From Macrostomum lignano (taxonomy: Eukaryota): a DNA stretch of 64,000 bases. Below the pieces are notes generated by a model. The model saw nothing but the letters and a program-made list of their open reading frames with translations, made no database searches and was not told where the DNA came from. A program made the position numbers and the translations under genes. The stretch spans positions 20,440-84,439 of the forward strand of contig NIVC01003661.1 in the NCBI GenBank assembly GCA_002269645.1, written 5' to 3'. Positions 48,501-59,700 of the stretch are shown here, piece after piece. The first letter of the stretch is position 1. Each line of letters begins with the position of its first letter.

Positions 48501-51500
48501 TTCCTCTCCTCTCCTCTCCTCTCCTCTTCCTCTCCTCTCCTCTCCTCTCCTCTCCTCTCCTCTCCTCTCCTCTCTCCTCTCTCACCTCTCCTCTCCTCTC
48601 CTCTCCTCCTTCCTCTCCTCTCCTCTCCTCTCCTCTCTCCTCTCCTCTCCTCTCCTCTCCTCTCTTCTCTCCTCTCCTCTCTCTCTCCTCTCCTCTCCTC
48701 TCCTCTCCTCTCCTCTCCTCTCTCTCTCTCCTCTCCTCTCCTCTCCTCTCCTCTCCACTCCTCTCCACTCCTCTCCACTCCTCTCCACTCCTCTCCACTC
48801 CTCTCTTCTCCTCTCTTCTCCTCTCTACTCTCCTATCAGTTTTACCTCCAGTTGTCTCCGTCTGTTACTTACTGGCAAAATTGCAAAATTACAAGGAACC
48901 AAACAATGGATGCAAATTTGTGGCTAATTCACTACTGAATTAATCATGAAAAGTGACAGGTGCGAATTTTTAGGCAACAGGTAATAAGGTAAATTATTTG
49001 AGAAGAAAATTTGCTGATCAAAACTGTTTCATTGCCACCTTAACTTACTCTGCTGGACTTCGGTTGCATCCTCAGCTGCGAAAAAATTATTTGAATTTTG
49101 TTTATGATTTATTACGATGATTGCAAAATCTCATAGAAAGTCACAGAATCTGATCCCAGCTCCCAGACCCCAGCACCCTAATCTCAGCACCCAAATCCCA
49201 GCACCCAAATCCCAGCTCCCAGACCCCAGCACCCAAATCCCAGCACCCAAATCCCAGCACCCAAATCCCAGCACCCAAATCCCAGCACCCTGATCCCAGC
49301 ACCCTGATCCCAGCACCCAGACTCCAGCACCCAAATCCCAGCACCCTGATCCCAGCACCCAAATCCCAGCACCCAGACTCCAGTACCTAAATCCCAGCAC
49401 CCGGACCCCAGCACCCGGATCTCAGCCGCCGCACTCACATTCTGGTGACAGGCGCACGGGAGCCCCGCATCGCTCCACGGCGTCCTCGATCTCCTGCTGC
49501 CACTGCACCTGCGCCTGCAGGTCCAGCAGCACGGCGTCCCGCAGCGGCTGCAGCGCCTCCTCGGTCGACTCGGCAGTCAACCTGGCCAGCTCGTCCCGCA
49601 GGTTTCGCGCCAGACGGCCTTTCTCGGTCAGCCTGGCGAAGGCATCCTTCAGCTGGACTCGCCAGCGCTGAATGCCGGAGTCGGTTTTGGTCACCGAAGC
49701 CTCCGCCAACTTCAGCGACTCTTTCAGTTCGCCAACTCGACGCTGAAACTCGGTGCGTTCTTCGACTGAGCGCTTCAGAAGCTCGAGCAGCTGGTCGTCG
49801 GTGGCCTCCTGCTCGGGCACGCGTAGTCCGGGCGCCGAGTAGGCGACGGTGGCCACGCGGTTGCGGAATCGCTCCAGGCGCTGCGTGGCGTGCTGGGCGT
49901 CCGCCTGCATGCAGGTGGAGCGAGACAGTGAGAATGGCTAGGGGGCTGCTGTGGGGTGGTGGGTGTGCTGTGGGGTGGTGGGTGTGCTGTGGGGTGGTGG
50001 GTGTGCTGTGGGGTGGTGAGTGTGCTGTGGGGTGGTGGGTGTGCTGTGGGGTGGTGGGTGTGCTGTGGTGTGGTGGGTGTGCTGTGGGGTGGTGGGTGTG
50101 CTGTGGGGTAGTGGGTGTGCTGTGGGGTAGTGGGTGTGCTGTGGGGTGGTTGGTGTGCTGTGGGGTGGTGGGTGTGCTGTGGGGTGGTGGGTGTGCTGTG
50201 GGGTGGTGGGTGTGCTGAGGGCGGCAAGCAAACGAGGCTGCATGAACTGGATTCCATCCAAACCCACCTTGGCCAGTCGCTCAGTACGCTGGCCGTCGGC
50301 CACCTGGGCCTGCAGTTCGTCCAGCTCCTGTCGCAGCTTCTGCCTCGCTGATTCCTCGCGCAGCGCCACAGTCTTGGCGGCTTCCAATTCCTCTTTGGCC
50401 TGGCGGCAGGACTCCTGAAGACCGTTGGCCCGCGCCTCGGCGTCCTTGAACTTCGTGCGCAGCGCCATCAACTCTTTTTCTCGAGCTTCGCGTTCCTCCT
50501 CCTCCCGCTTGGTGTCCTTGATGCGGGCGAACTGATGGCGGTGGGGTGTTAGGTTCAATAGATAAAACTCAAATCGCGTACATTTAATAGCGCATGCTCT
50601 CTTTCATTGTATAATCGCTATGTACATTTCAATGAAAAATCTTGAGGCTAGTGAGTTATGAGCAGGTGTGACGTGTACATTCTTAAACCAACCAGAGGCA
50701 TGCGGTCTAGACTTGCTGTGAATGCATACTTTGCACTGGTCAATTCAACAAAGCTCGCGTTAATCCATGCTAGTGGCGAAGAAAAAGTGCTTCACGAAAA
50801 GCATTGTGAAGCCGTGACGACGACTGCAGTAGAGTGACGCTACGCTCGACTTTCTTAAAAATAAATTGGAGGCCCGTCAGGAACGTATCGATAGTGCATT
50901 TGGTATCGGTGCGTTGCTGAAGGGCCTACAGCTGATTTCTAAGAAATCGAGTTTAGCATCCTTCTACTTCAGCTGCGTGAAGGCGCCAAAGCGAACCGCA
51001 GCCAGGCCTAACATGCACATCCAGGTGGTAGCCGCCGCTCTCCTCTAGCGAGTCCCGCGAGATCGGGATGTACAGCGTGCCGCACAGCGGGTGCTGCACC
51101 GGCTCCGAGCTGCTCCGGCCCGCCGCGGCGCCGAACTCGGCCAGCAAGTCTTTGTTCCTGTCGGTGACGTAGCGCGACGTCAGCGACGCTGAGCCGCGTC
51201 GCCAGGCGTTTTTAAACCTCATCGGAGGCTGCACGCAGCTTTGAGGCGGCCGGCGCGTCCCAGTTCGCTCCTCGAATCGCACAAGCCTCGGGCATCGGAA
51301 ATCCTCCGGGTACTGCCGTTTTGTCCCCGGGTTTTTTCAGTTCATGGGTTTTACATTTCAGTCGATTTTCTATGCACAACTTTCAGGTTCAAGCTACTGA
51401 CAGTAGGATGATGCTGATAGATCTTAGAGCTTCATATTACATTGACGCAGGAACAATACTGTAGGCCCATATCCAGCTCACCTTTGCTTGCAGAGCGGAA

Positions 51501-53812
51501 ATTGTCAAGTCGCGGGATTTCACCTCCTCCTTCAGGGTCTCCAGCTCGCGGTTCAGCCGGCTGATTGTCGTGTCCTGGGTAGAGGGCGTGAGAGGACGGC
51601 GCTTGGCTAAATTTAAATACCTAATAGGTTTTGATTCGCTCTTATTTTGTAAGAGAAAATAGATCATCATCTTCACCCCAATACCCTCACCCCAATACCC
51701 TCCACCCTAATACCCTCACCCCAATACCCTCACCCCAATACTCTCCACCCAAATACCCTCACCCCAATACCCTCACCCGAATACCCTCACCCCAGTACCC
51801 TCACCACAATACCCCAATACTCTCGCCTGAATACCCCAATACCCTGGCCTGAACACCCCAATACCCTAATACCCTCCCCTAACCTCATTACTCCCAATAT
51901 CCTCACCCAACCCAATACCCTCACCCCAATACCCCAATACCACCTCAATACCCTCACCCCAATACCCCAATACCACCTCAATACCCTCAATCCAATACCC
52001 CAATACCCTCACCCCAATACCCTCACCTCAATATCCTCGCCCCAAAATCCAACACCCAGATAACCAGGCATGCAGAGCGAACCCAGCCTCACCTTGCCGG
52101 TCATGTCTCGCTGCAGCTGGGTGATGAGGCCCCCGGACACCTGGGCGTCGCGGCGCAGCTTGTCGGCCTCCAGCCGGGCCGCCGCCAGCTCGGCCGCCTT
52201 GGCCGCCACCTCGTCGCCGCCGGCGGCCCGCTCTCGGTCGGCCCTGGCCCGCTGCAGCTGCTCCTTGAGCAGCGCCACCTCCTGCTGCTTGGCCGCCACC
52301 TCGGTCTCCAGGTGGGACAGACGGCGGCGCAGCTCCGGGTCGTTGAGTGACGACAGCTGCCTCTGAAGCCCGGCCAGCTGGGCTCGCATCTCCTCTGTTC
52401 GACGGTCCTTCTCGCGGCTCTCAGCTTCCAGCGAGCGGAACCGCTGCAGTTCGAGCTGCAGCGACAGCAGCTGCTGGTCCTTCTCATCCAGGCACTGCTG
52501 CTGCTGCTGAGCCCTCGACCCGCGAGCGCTCTGCACGCGCAGCGTCGTGGCAGCGGTGGTTGTCGTAGCGGTTGAAATCACAGGCACGGTGAACCCGACG
52601 TGCTGGCCGAATTCCTGCTGCTGCTGCTGCCGCCGACCGCTGCTGCCGCTCATCAGCACCATCGGGCTGGCGCTGGTCGGCCGGCCCAGCCTGAAAGTGC
52701 TGCTTCCGGCCGTGGATCCGAAGCTGGCAAAGTTGCCTGCGCCGCCGCCGCTGCCGCCGCCGCGGATGAGACCGGGGGTGCCCGGCTGGAGGCTCGGCAG
52801 GGGGCGGCCGAGCTGCACCGGCTGCTGCTGCACAGCCAGCTGGTACACGGCCTGCCCTTGCCCGAATCGAAGCTGGTCGCCGGGGCTCAGCCGAACTGCC
52901 GCGTTCTGGACGAGGCAATCGTTGATGCGCGTGCCCTGGGGTGGCGAGTTCGGTGATAATTCAACTCAGTTATGGTCGTAACTTAGCATGGTTCGATTTT
53001 ACTTTAACTCTTGGTGGGGGACAGATGAGAGTTGTAGGGCTCACGAGGGAGTTGCCGAGATGTCAAGGCTCAAATGGGGGGATCACTGAAATGTATATGG
53101 CTCATGGAGGGCGGTTGCTGAGATGCCAAGGTTGTTGGTAGGCCAAGCCAAAGGTAGGTCAAAGGGAGAGTTAGGGTTGAGCCATGAGCCAAAGGCTTTC
53201 GGGAATGATGCTTTTTGCGTTAAACATCATTTTTCTTAAGAAACTGGCAATAGCGACTGTGCACGGTCAAAGCCTACATGTAGCTTATTCAAACAAATTT
53301 TATTCCTTTCTTTGTTGCCTCCCCAACAGGTGGGGGGCCAATGACCAACTGCTCCTGAAGCTTATTCTGAGTTCTTGGGGCCCATAACGGTCTCTCATGA
53401 TAAAGTTAAGTCTGTCTTTTTGCCACAACTTTGAGGCAGATGTTCATGACAGGCCTCTTGTGTCAAAGACTGGATGCCATTAGCTCTGAGCGCTAGGCTA
53501 GGCAAAACAGGCAGCATGGCAAGCTCACATATTCGGTATTCAAGTCTTTCAAAATGAAGCCGCCGTCCTCTTCGGAATACTCGATGATGGCGTGCTGACT
53601 TTCTGTGCCTTCAGCCTGAAAAAATGCAAGGATTACAAAGCCTTAGTAAAAGCTACAACCAAAAGCATTGAAGCATCTAAGCATTGAATGCTTAATGGTT
53701 TTCTGTAGATCACCTCAACAATGATGTCGCATCCGGTTGACCCAATTGTAGTTATTTTTGGACAGAGCTGGTACTCTTCATCGCGACATTTGAGAACACC
53801 TCTGGATTTCAT
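36557..53812 (-). CDS. FHAD1: FHA-domain long coiled-coil protein, FHAD1-like (about 1359 aa, 14 exons)
   Basis: Exons 53812-53714, 53615-53529, 52935-52093, 51574-51482, 50531-50268, 49904-49439, 47484-46901, 46086-45670, 44882-44576, 43562-43261, 42510-42307, 37726-37493, 37155-37015 and 36595-36557 are all GT-AG and phase-consistent, totalling 4080 nt. N-terminal FHA motifs ([51 protein letters not shown]) are followed by heptad-rich coiled coil. The last exon is the least certain. Confidence 0.85.
37184..37476. repeat. (CACT)n microsatellite
   Basis: Direct reading of the sequence. Confidence 0.97.
37844..39270. repeat. 21-bp minisatellite with periodic variant units
   Basis: Unit AAATCTCATCCAAGCTCCATC, with the recurring variant CTATAAAATCCCATTCAAGATCTATCTC. 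Confidence 0.95.
39513..42185 (+). mobile_element. 5'-truncated non-LTR retrotransposon (RT + RNase H + CCHC; I/LOA/R1 group), antisense in an FHAD1 intron
   Basis: The frame is open from the insertion boundary to 41971. RT motifs [32 protein letters not shown] and YLGVTL; RNase H motifs FTDGS, QAEI, YTDSQAA and WTPGH...[10 protein letters not shown]; zinc knuckle CPFC...HHVTFC. (TAAG)n tail at about 42170-42188. TSD TAAACTGAAGCC at 39501-39512 and 42186-42197. No endonuclease domain. Confidence 0.95.
42527..43240. repeat. 24-bp minisatellite, about 30 copies
   Basis: Unit GAGTGAACTAGGCAGTGACGGAAT. Confidence 0.95.
43735..44465. repeat. 86-88 bp minisatellite, about 8 copies
   Basis: AGAGG(T/C)TGGGCA-type anchors at 43741, 43829, 43917, 44004 and onward. 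Confidence 0.93.
44893..45660. repeat. 25-bp minisatellite occupying essentially a whole intron
   Basis: Unit CCAATAGAGTGGATTGCTAGCCTAG. Confidence 0.95.
46128..46820. repeat. 18-bp minisatellite with periodic AAGCTTTTCCCCATCT inserts
   Basis: Unit GACCCAC(C/T)TGAGATGCT(C/T). Confidence 0.95.
47695..48830. repeat. (CTCTC)n pyrimidine tract
   Basis: Direct reading of the sequence. Confidence 0.97.
49152..49425. repeat. 14-bp minisatellite
   Basis: Unit CCCAGCACCCAAAT. Confidence 0.9.
49945..50218. repeat. 19-bp minisatellite
   Basis: Unit GGTGTGCTGTGGGGTGGTG. Confidence 0.93.
51675..52040. repeat. About 14-bp minisatellite
   Basis: Unit CCCCAATACCCTCA. Confidence 0.9.
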
Positions 53813-55449
53813 GCTGGATTGGGCTGCAAGAAAAAGTGCACTGTTTCTAAGTTATTGCTATCAATAAATGAATTGTAGGAGTGAAACTTAAAATAGTAAC
53901 AATCATGCAGCTTAAGTCTGAAAAAAATATATTAAAATACTTTATCTTTGCTTATTTAATCAATTTCAAAATTTAATTTGATGGCTTTGCTTTGTCAATT
54001 TTTTTGGCAATGTTAGTTGTCAACCTATTTAAACTCAAAGGTTTTTTTACAACTATTTGGAATTATCAAAAAACGTCAGGTTTATGTACAAATTAAAAGT
54101 TTAATAATCCTTGTTAATGTTACATCTGCATGCTTTGCAGGTTTTTAGTTTTGTACGTTTATTTTAGAATAGAGACGTATAAAGCTAATCGAAATACCAA
54201 AAATATCCGGTATATTCTGTTAAAATTAAAAATTTATAGTTTTAAATATATTGATCAATACACGACAATACCTGAATTATGTTTTGAGCACTTGTGACCT
54301 AAGTCTAGCTTAAATGGTATACATGATCGATTAAATTATGAAATCGACAAATAATTTCGTAGTAAGCCTTTAGTAGTATATAAGCATTCTGAAAAACATC
54401 TAATACACTTGCAACAGTAGAAATGCTAAATAGCTGTTCGGCAAATTTGACAGACATTCAGTGAAATATTAAGTGAGAAGGAATTCAAAATGCCTTATTT
54501 ATACTGCTTACAGAAAATAGAATAATATTTTGCTTAATAAAAGAACAGTTATTAGAAATAACAATATCAAGAAATCAAATTTACTATTTTGATTATATGT
54601 ACGTGTTAAACAAAAACAATTAAAAATAATTTTGTTAAAACTGTATAATATTCTTCGCGGTGTAGCTTCTTGCACGAAACGCTTAATCCAAAGCATCGAC
54701 TGATTCCCTTGCCCAGAGCCTCGAATTAAAATCAAAAGCTTTTAGTCAGCATATGTTTATGTTTAGGAAATACACATGCAAGTCCGTGAAAGAATCTGCT
54801 GCTTTGCATAGCGTTAACTGACAACGTAGATTCATTTAGATCTTCTGCTGTATAAAGAAGATAAATATGTAAGCTTGGGGTTTGGATGCCTTCACCCAGG
54901 GGCGACATATTATGTACATAAAGTGTGTACATACATGTGCAATCAGTTTTATACTGTCACTGCATGTATATACACGTGCTGCAGAGAGTGCTAAATTAAC
55001 TTAAGTGAACCTAAGAAGATTCTACATGTGCTTTACTGCATACTAGCTCTCGATCTTTAGTGTTTTAGGGCCGATTCAGCGCCAATTAGCGTTGCGAAGA
55101 ATAGTTTCAATGAGAAAAACCAGGCAAACCTAAAAATGTATGCCCATTTTTCTAGCTGGATAATCTGCAATAGAATAGCTCGTAGTAAAAGTAATAGTAA
55201 AAGCAAGTGAATAGTAAAAAATACAGGAACACTCTGGGCCACCGCGAAAGTGTCATGGGGGCAGTTTACCCCTCAGTTTTTTCTCTCCAAGACGTCCCTC
55301 TAGATTAGAGGAAAGTTAGGAGGAGCAATTTGCTGTTACCAAATATGACTCATATTTCTGCAGTAACATAATAATCAAATAAAAAAATTAAACTAGGAGC
55401 TACAAACTTTTTCTAAAGACAGAGTCGAGAGAATTATGAATTATAGCTT

Positions 55450-55580
55450 GAAACACATCCATTTTCACTTAGCTTGAAACACAATCTCACTTAGCTTGAA
55501 ACACAATCTCACTTAGCTTGAAACACATAGATTCTCACTTAGCTTGAGACACAATCGCACTTAGCTTGAAGCACTTGAGT
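55450..55580. repeat. About 22-bp minisatellite, 5-6 copies
   Basis: Unit CACTTAGCTTGAAACACAATCT. Confidence 0.85.
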
Positions 55581-56007
55581 CCACTCTTCTGTAATACGTC
55601 ATTTAACTTTTTGGTCATTCAAAACACGGAAAATCCTCAAATGCCCCCATTGCCATTGCCGCCGCCCTGTCTTGATCATTCGTTAATCATGAACCCGCGG
55701 GGTATAGTCTTTCTGACAGCTGTAGACTCCGGTCTTGTATCGCTGTCTCATATATCTCTAGCCATGCTGCATGGCAACAGAGGCAATAAAACAATAAAGT
55801 CCTACAGACATGACAGTAGAATGACTGGCGCTCTCTGTCTGCTCAGAGCCCCCTGCGCCCTCACTTTGACAGCGTCATTAAAATTGAATCAATTGCAGCA
55901 GCGGAACAAAAGCCATGAAAAATCAATTTGCTTAATGAATTTCCTGAAGCCGTAAATTTAAAAAAATTTGTGACATTGATGATCATGGCCAGAAAAAAAA
56001 CACCTTA

Positions 56008-56275
56008 CAGCACAGAGTGCAGAGCAGCCACCATCAAGCACAGAGTGCAGAGCAGCCACCATCAAGCACAGAGTGCAGAGCAGCCACCATCAAGCACAGA
56101 GTGCAGAGCAGCCACCATCAAGCACAGAGTGCAGAGCAGCCACCATCAAGCACAGAGTGCAGAGCAGCCACCATCAAGCACAGAGTGCAGAGCAGCCACC
56201 ATCAAGCAGAGTGCAGAGCAGCCACCATCAAGCAGAGTGCAGAGCAGCCACCATCAAGCACAGAGTGCAGAGCAA
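56008..56275. repeat. 28-bp minisatellite, about 9 copies
   Basis: Unit CACAGAGTGCAGAGCAGCCACCATCAAG. Confidence 0.93.
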
Positions 56276-56716
56276 CACACCTATTGCAGTATCTCTGGCC
56301 AGAAATTCCCAGACCATCTGTGCACACGCTGACAGCAACCCCCCAGCAATATCCTCTCGTTAAACGCAGCCAACTTTTCATTAAATATTTATGACCTTGC
56401 CTTTGCAGAAGCAGTGTTTTCTCTATACTTGGACACAGATATCCGTAGAACTAACTGGCTCCGGCGGTGGGACCGGGTCTGCATAGTGCCAGATGCCTAA
56501 TGATCAGCTGTAGGGGTCGCCGGCGGACAAGCAATAATTGAAGTAGCCTATGAGACTTTTTTAATAATTTTGATGCAGTAAATTTTCCGTCCATTCAAAG
56601 CATTACCACACCGTTTCTGCCACCTGCCAGCCTATACAATCTCTTCCCCACCCAGTCTCCAACTCCCCTCGCCCACAATACGCAGCATGAATAAATGGCG
56701 ATAGAGTACAAAACAC

Positions 56717-59700
56717 TACATGTGGAGTCTGGAATTACAACTGATTGGATAACTCAAATTTGGTACGAAAAACAGTGGCCATCCTATCTTCCCGTTGGGA
56801 AGGCATAAAGTATAAGATAATAGCCATTGTCGGCTGATTTTCCATGCAAGAATGGCATTCCTGCACTCTTTTGCGTGCAGGAATGGATGTCTATGGTAAA
56901 ATCTCACTGAAAAAGCATTAGGCGCAGAAATGCATTCCTGCACGGTTTTGTGCATTCCTGCACGATGAATCATCCGACAATGGAATTCCTTCACGTTCAC
57001 TCGTGCGTGAAGGACATCGTGCACTCGTGCGCTAGCGCGCACTCGTGCAGATGTCATTCCCGCACTCGTGACCGTGCAGGAATATATCATTCTTATTTGA
57101 TCCAGCGTGCAAGAATGCTTTGGAAGTCGCCATATGCGTGCAGAAATGCAAGTGTCTATGGCAAAAGCACCTTGAATTTACATGTGCACTCCGTGCAAGA
57201 ATGTCAATCGTGCAAGAATGTAATGCGCAATGTTTCTATATTTAGCATAACAGCCATAGACTACAAGCATAATCTTCTTTCCATCGTGCAAGAATGTTCA
57301 GACTAGCTCGCGCATATTTTGTCTATGGTTCAAGTCTAACTCCACACCCCCAGCTTCACCCTTGTCTACTTTAGCCACACATGTTGGATCAAATAAGAAT
57401 GGGAATCAAGCACTTTGACTTGTGCGTCTATGGTAAAAACCCTCGTGCGCTACGCGCACTCGTGTTTCAGCCATTGACGCACTCGTCAGCGTGCTAGATT
57501 CCTCCATTATAACACGACGAAGTGTGCATTTAACAACATAGTCTATGGCGAAACCGTGGTAATCATTATGTATTTCAAAATATAATCAGCGTGCATTTAA
57601 CGCAGGCATTAATGGTAGTCTGAAACCATAGACTTAATCGCATTATCATATAGACTAGCGTTTTCGGTTGATCATTATGTAACGCCATTAAGCCACGCCA
57701 TTAAGTAACGCTGCAGTGTCTTCGTGCCATAGATATTGGCTCGGCAGTGAGCATGGACAAGGGGGCGCAGCTCCCTTGCGGGGGTGTGGGGGCAGAGCCC
57801 CCACTAATTGGACCATAGACAATTTTTTAGAATACAGTTCTCTAAAAGAAAAGCTCGACCATGAAGTCTGTTAGGAAGTTAAGAACTAGAAGCAAGAAGC
57901 GAGAGAAATCGAATTAAAAATGTCTCTTATCAACTGGAAAAACCTACCGGTCGACAGTTTAGATGGCGTCTCGTCTACTGAACTAGATTTTCTGAGTGAA
58001 CTGAGCGCCGTGAACCACAGTTCCGATGAAATTCTTGGAGATTTTATCGACTACCTGACTAAAATCGAGACGGCTGATGAGGCCGCTGCGGTTTCTAGTG
58101 TCGAGCTTCCAGAACTATCTGATTTACCCAGTGCGATGGATGTTGCCGAACTGGAATCACTGCCGAGCACTACACGAGAACACATGTTTCTGTATGGCAA
58201 AATGTTCGTGGAGTTTTTGAAGAAACATGGTGCTGTGGATGTAAGCGTGATCAGTGACAGTCGCTTGGCCGAATTTTTAAGGTTCTTTTACTTCTGTCTA
58301 AAAAAATCTGACGGCAGTTGCTATTCGCCAGCTACGTTGGTCTGCATTCGTGCTGGAGTGCAGAGGTACTTGACTCTCGTGCTGAAGCGTCGAACAAATA
58401 TTATTTCCAGTGACGAGTTCGCCACTGCCAACCGGATGCTGCGAGTAAAGGTGCGGCATTTTCATGCTGATGGAGGCACTGTCAATCAGCACGAGCCAAT
58501 AGAAAAAGGTGATTTACAGAAAATGCGTGCTTATTTTGACCGTTCTACAGCAGAACGGTTGCAAGATGAAGTACTATTTACGCTGCTGTATGTCCTGGGC
58601 GAGAGAGGTCAAGAACACCTGTCAAGTCTAAAGCAAGTTGGCACGCTCCAAGAAGAAGTCGACGCTGATGGGAATCCATATCTTGCGTTGCCGCCGTTAA
58701 AGACAAAAAACCAGACTAGCGATCCAACAAAATGCAAGGGAAATCAGCGCAAACAGAGTCGGATCTACGGCGCTCAGCGGGAGTTGATCCTGCATTATCA
58801 GAGTTTGTTACCGCAGAATTCGTCCTCGTTCTTTCCGCGCCCTCTGACTAACAATTCGGGAGGACAAATTCGATTCTCTGCTACGCAAGTGCGCGGTGTC
58901 AATTGGTTGGCTGCATTCATGAAGCACGTTAGTAGTGTGTGCAACCTCTCCAAGCAGTACACGAATCACTGCATACGCGTCACGCGTATTGCGGATCTTT
59001 TCGACAAAGGAATGCCTATGGGGGAGATAATGGCGGTAACGGGACAACGATCGGAGTCCACTGTTCGACGTTATCTCGCACGCAAGCGTGACAGAACCCT
59101 CAGGAAGGTTGCTACCGCTGTTAGTGACAATTTGGCCGCACCAACCGATGCGACTACGAGTGCAACCACTAGTGCAACAGTCATGCAGCAAGCTCAAGTT
59201 GACCTGCGAAGTGTGCAACAGCCGATGTTTGCCAACTGCCTCTTCGATGGGTGCACGTTCAAATTCTAACAAAGAATATATAGCTCGTACTTATAAGTCT
59301 TAACTGTCGAAAATCAAATACTTTGGTATTCGTTTGCTTTGCTATATCCTCGATCTGTTTCCTGTTAAAGTTCTTGTTGCTTAAATTAATAAAAACAGTG
59401 AATTTCTCGCTCATAATCTATGGCAATTTATCGTGACTTAACAGCTTCATTAAAAAATGCATTAAAAAACGATAGTCTATATGATAATGCATTATAGGCA
59501 CGCTAAAAACGGGAGCAGATATTAAGTACACAGAGATTGAAAGCAAGCATGCGGTCCTAAAATATAGTCTGCTCACGCGTAGTTCGATCTGATTCACTTC
59601 AAAAATGCAGTTGTGCAGTGTACCGTAGATGTTGTAGATCACTGTAGGCCTGCCATTGCCAGTAGTGTTGGTCAGCGTCGTTGCGGTGGTGATATCAGTT

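Noticed and set aside
42528-48938. Plus-strand ORFs (MSELGSDG)n, (MLDPPE)n, (SSPLL)n and GC-rich antisense ORFs
   Set aside because: Intronic repeat translations, or shadows of FHAD1 exons on the opposite strand.
55760-55780. RFX X-box upstream of the putatively ciliary FHAD1 (GCTGCATGGCAAC)
   Set aside because: Only one good half-site, about 2 kb from the ATG with the TSS unknown; too weak to call.
54480-55960. Short hydrophobic ORFs (55057-55242, 54508-54735, 54732-54932, 55566-55955)
   Set aside because: AT-rich, no recognisable motif, and no consistent exon chain could be built.
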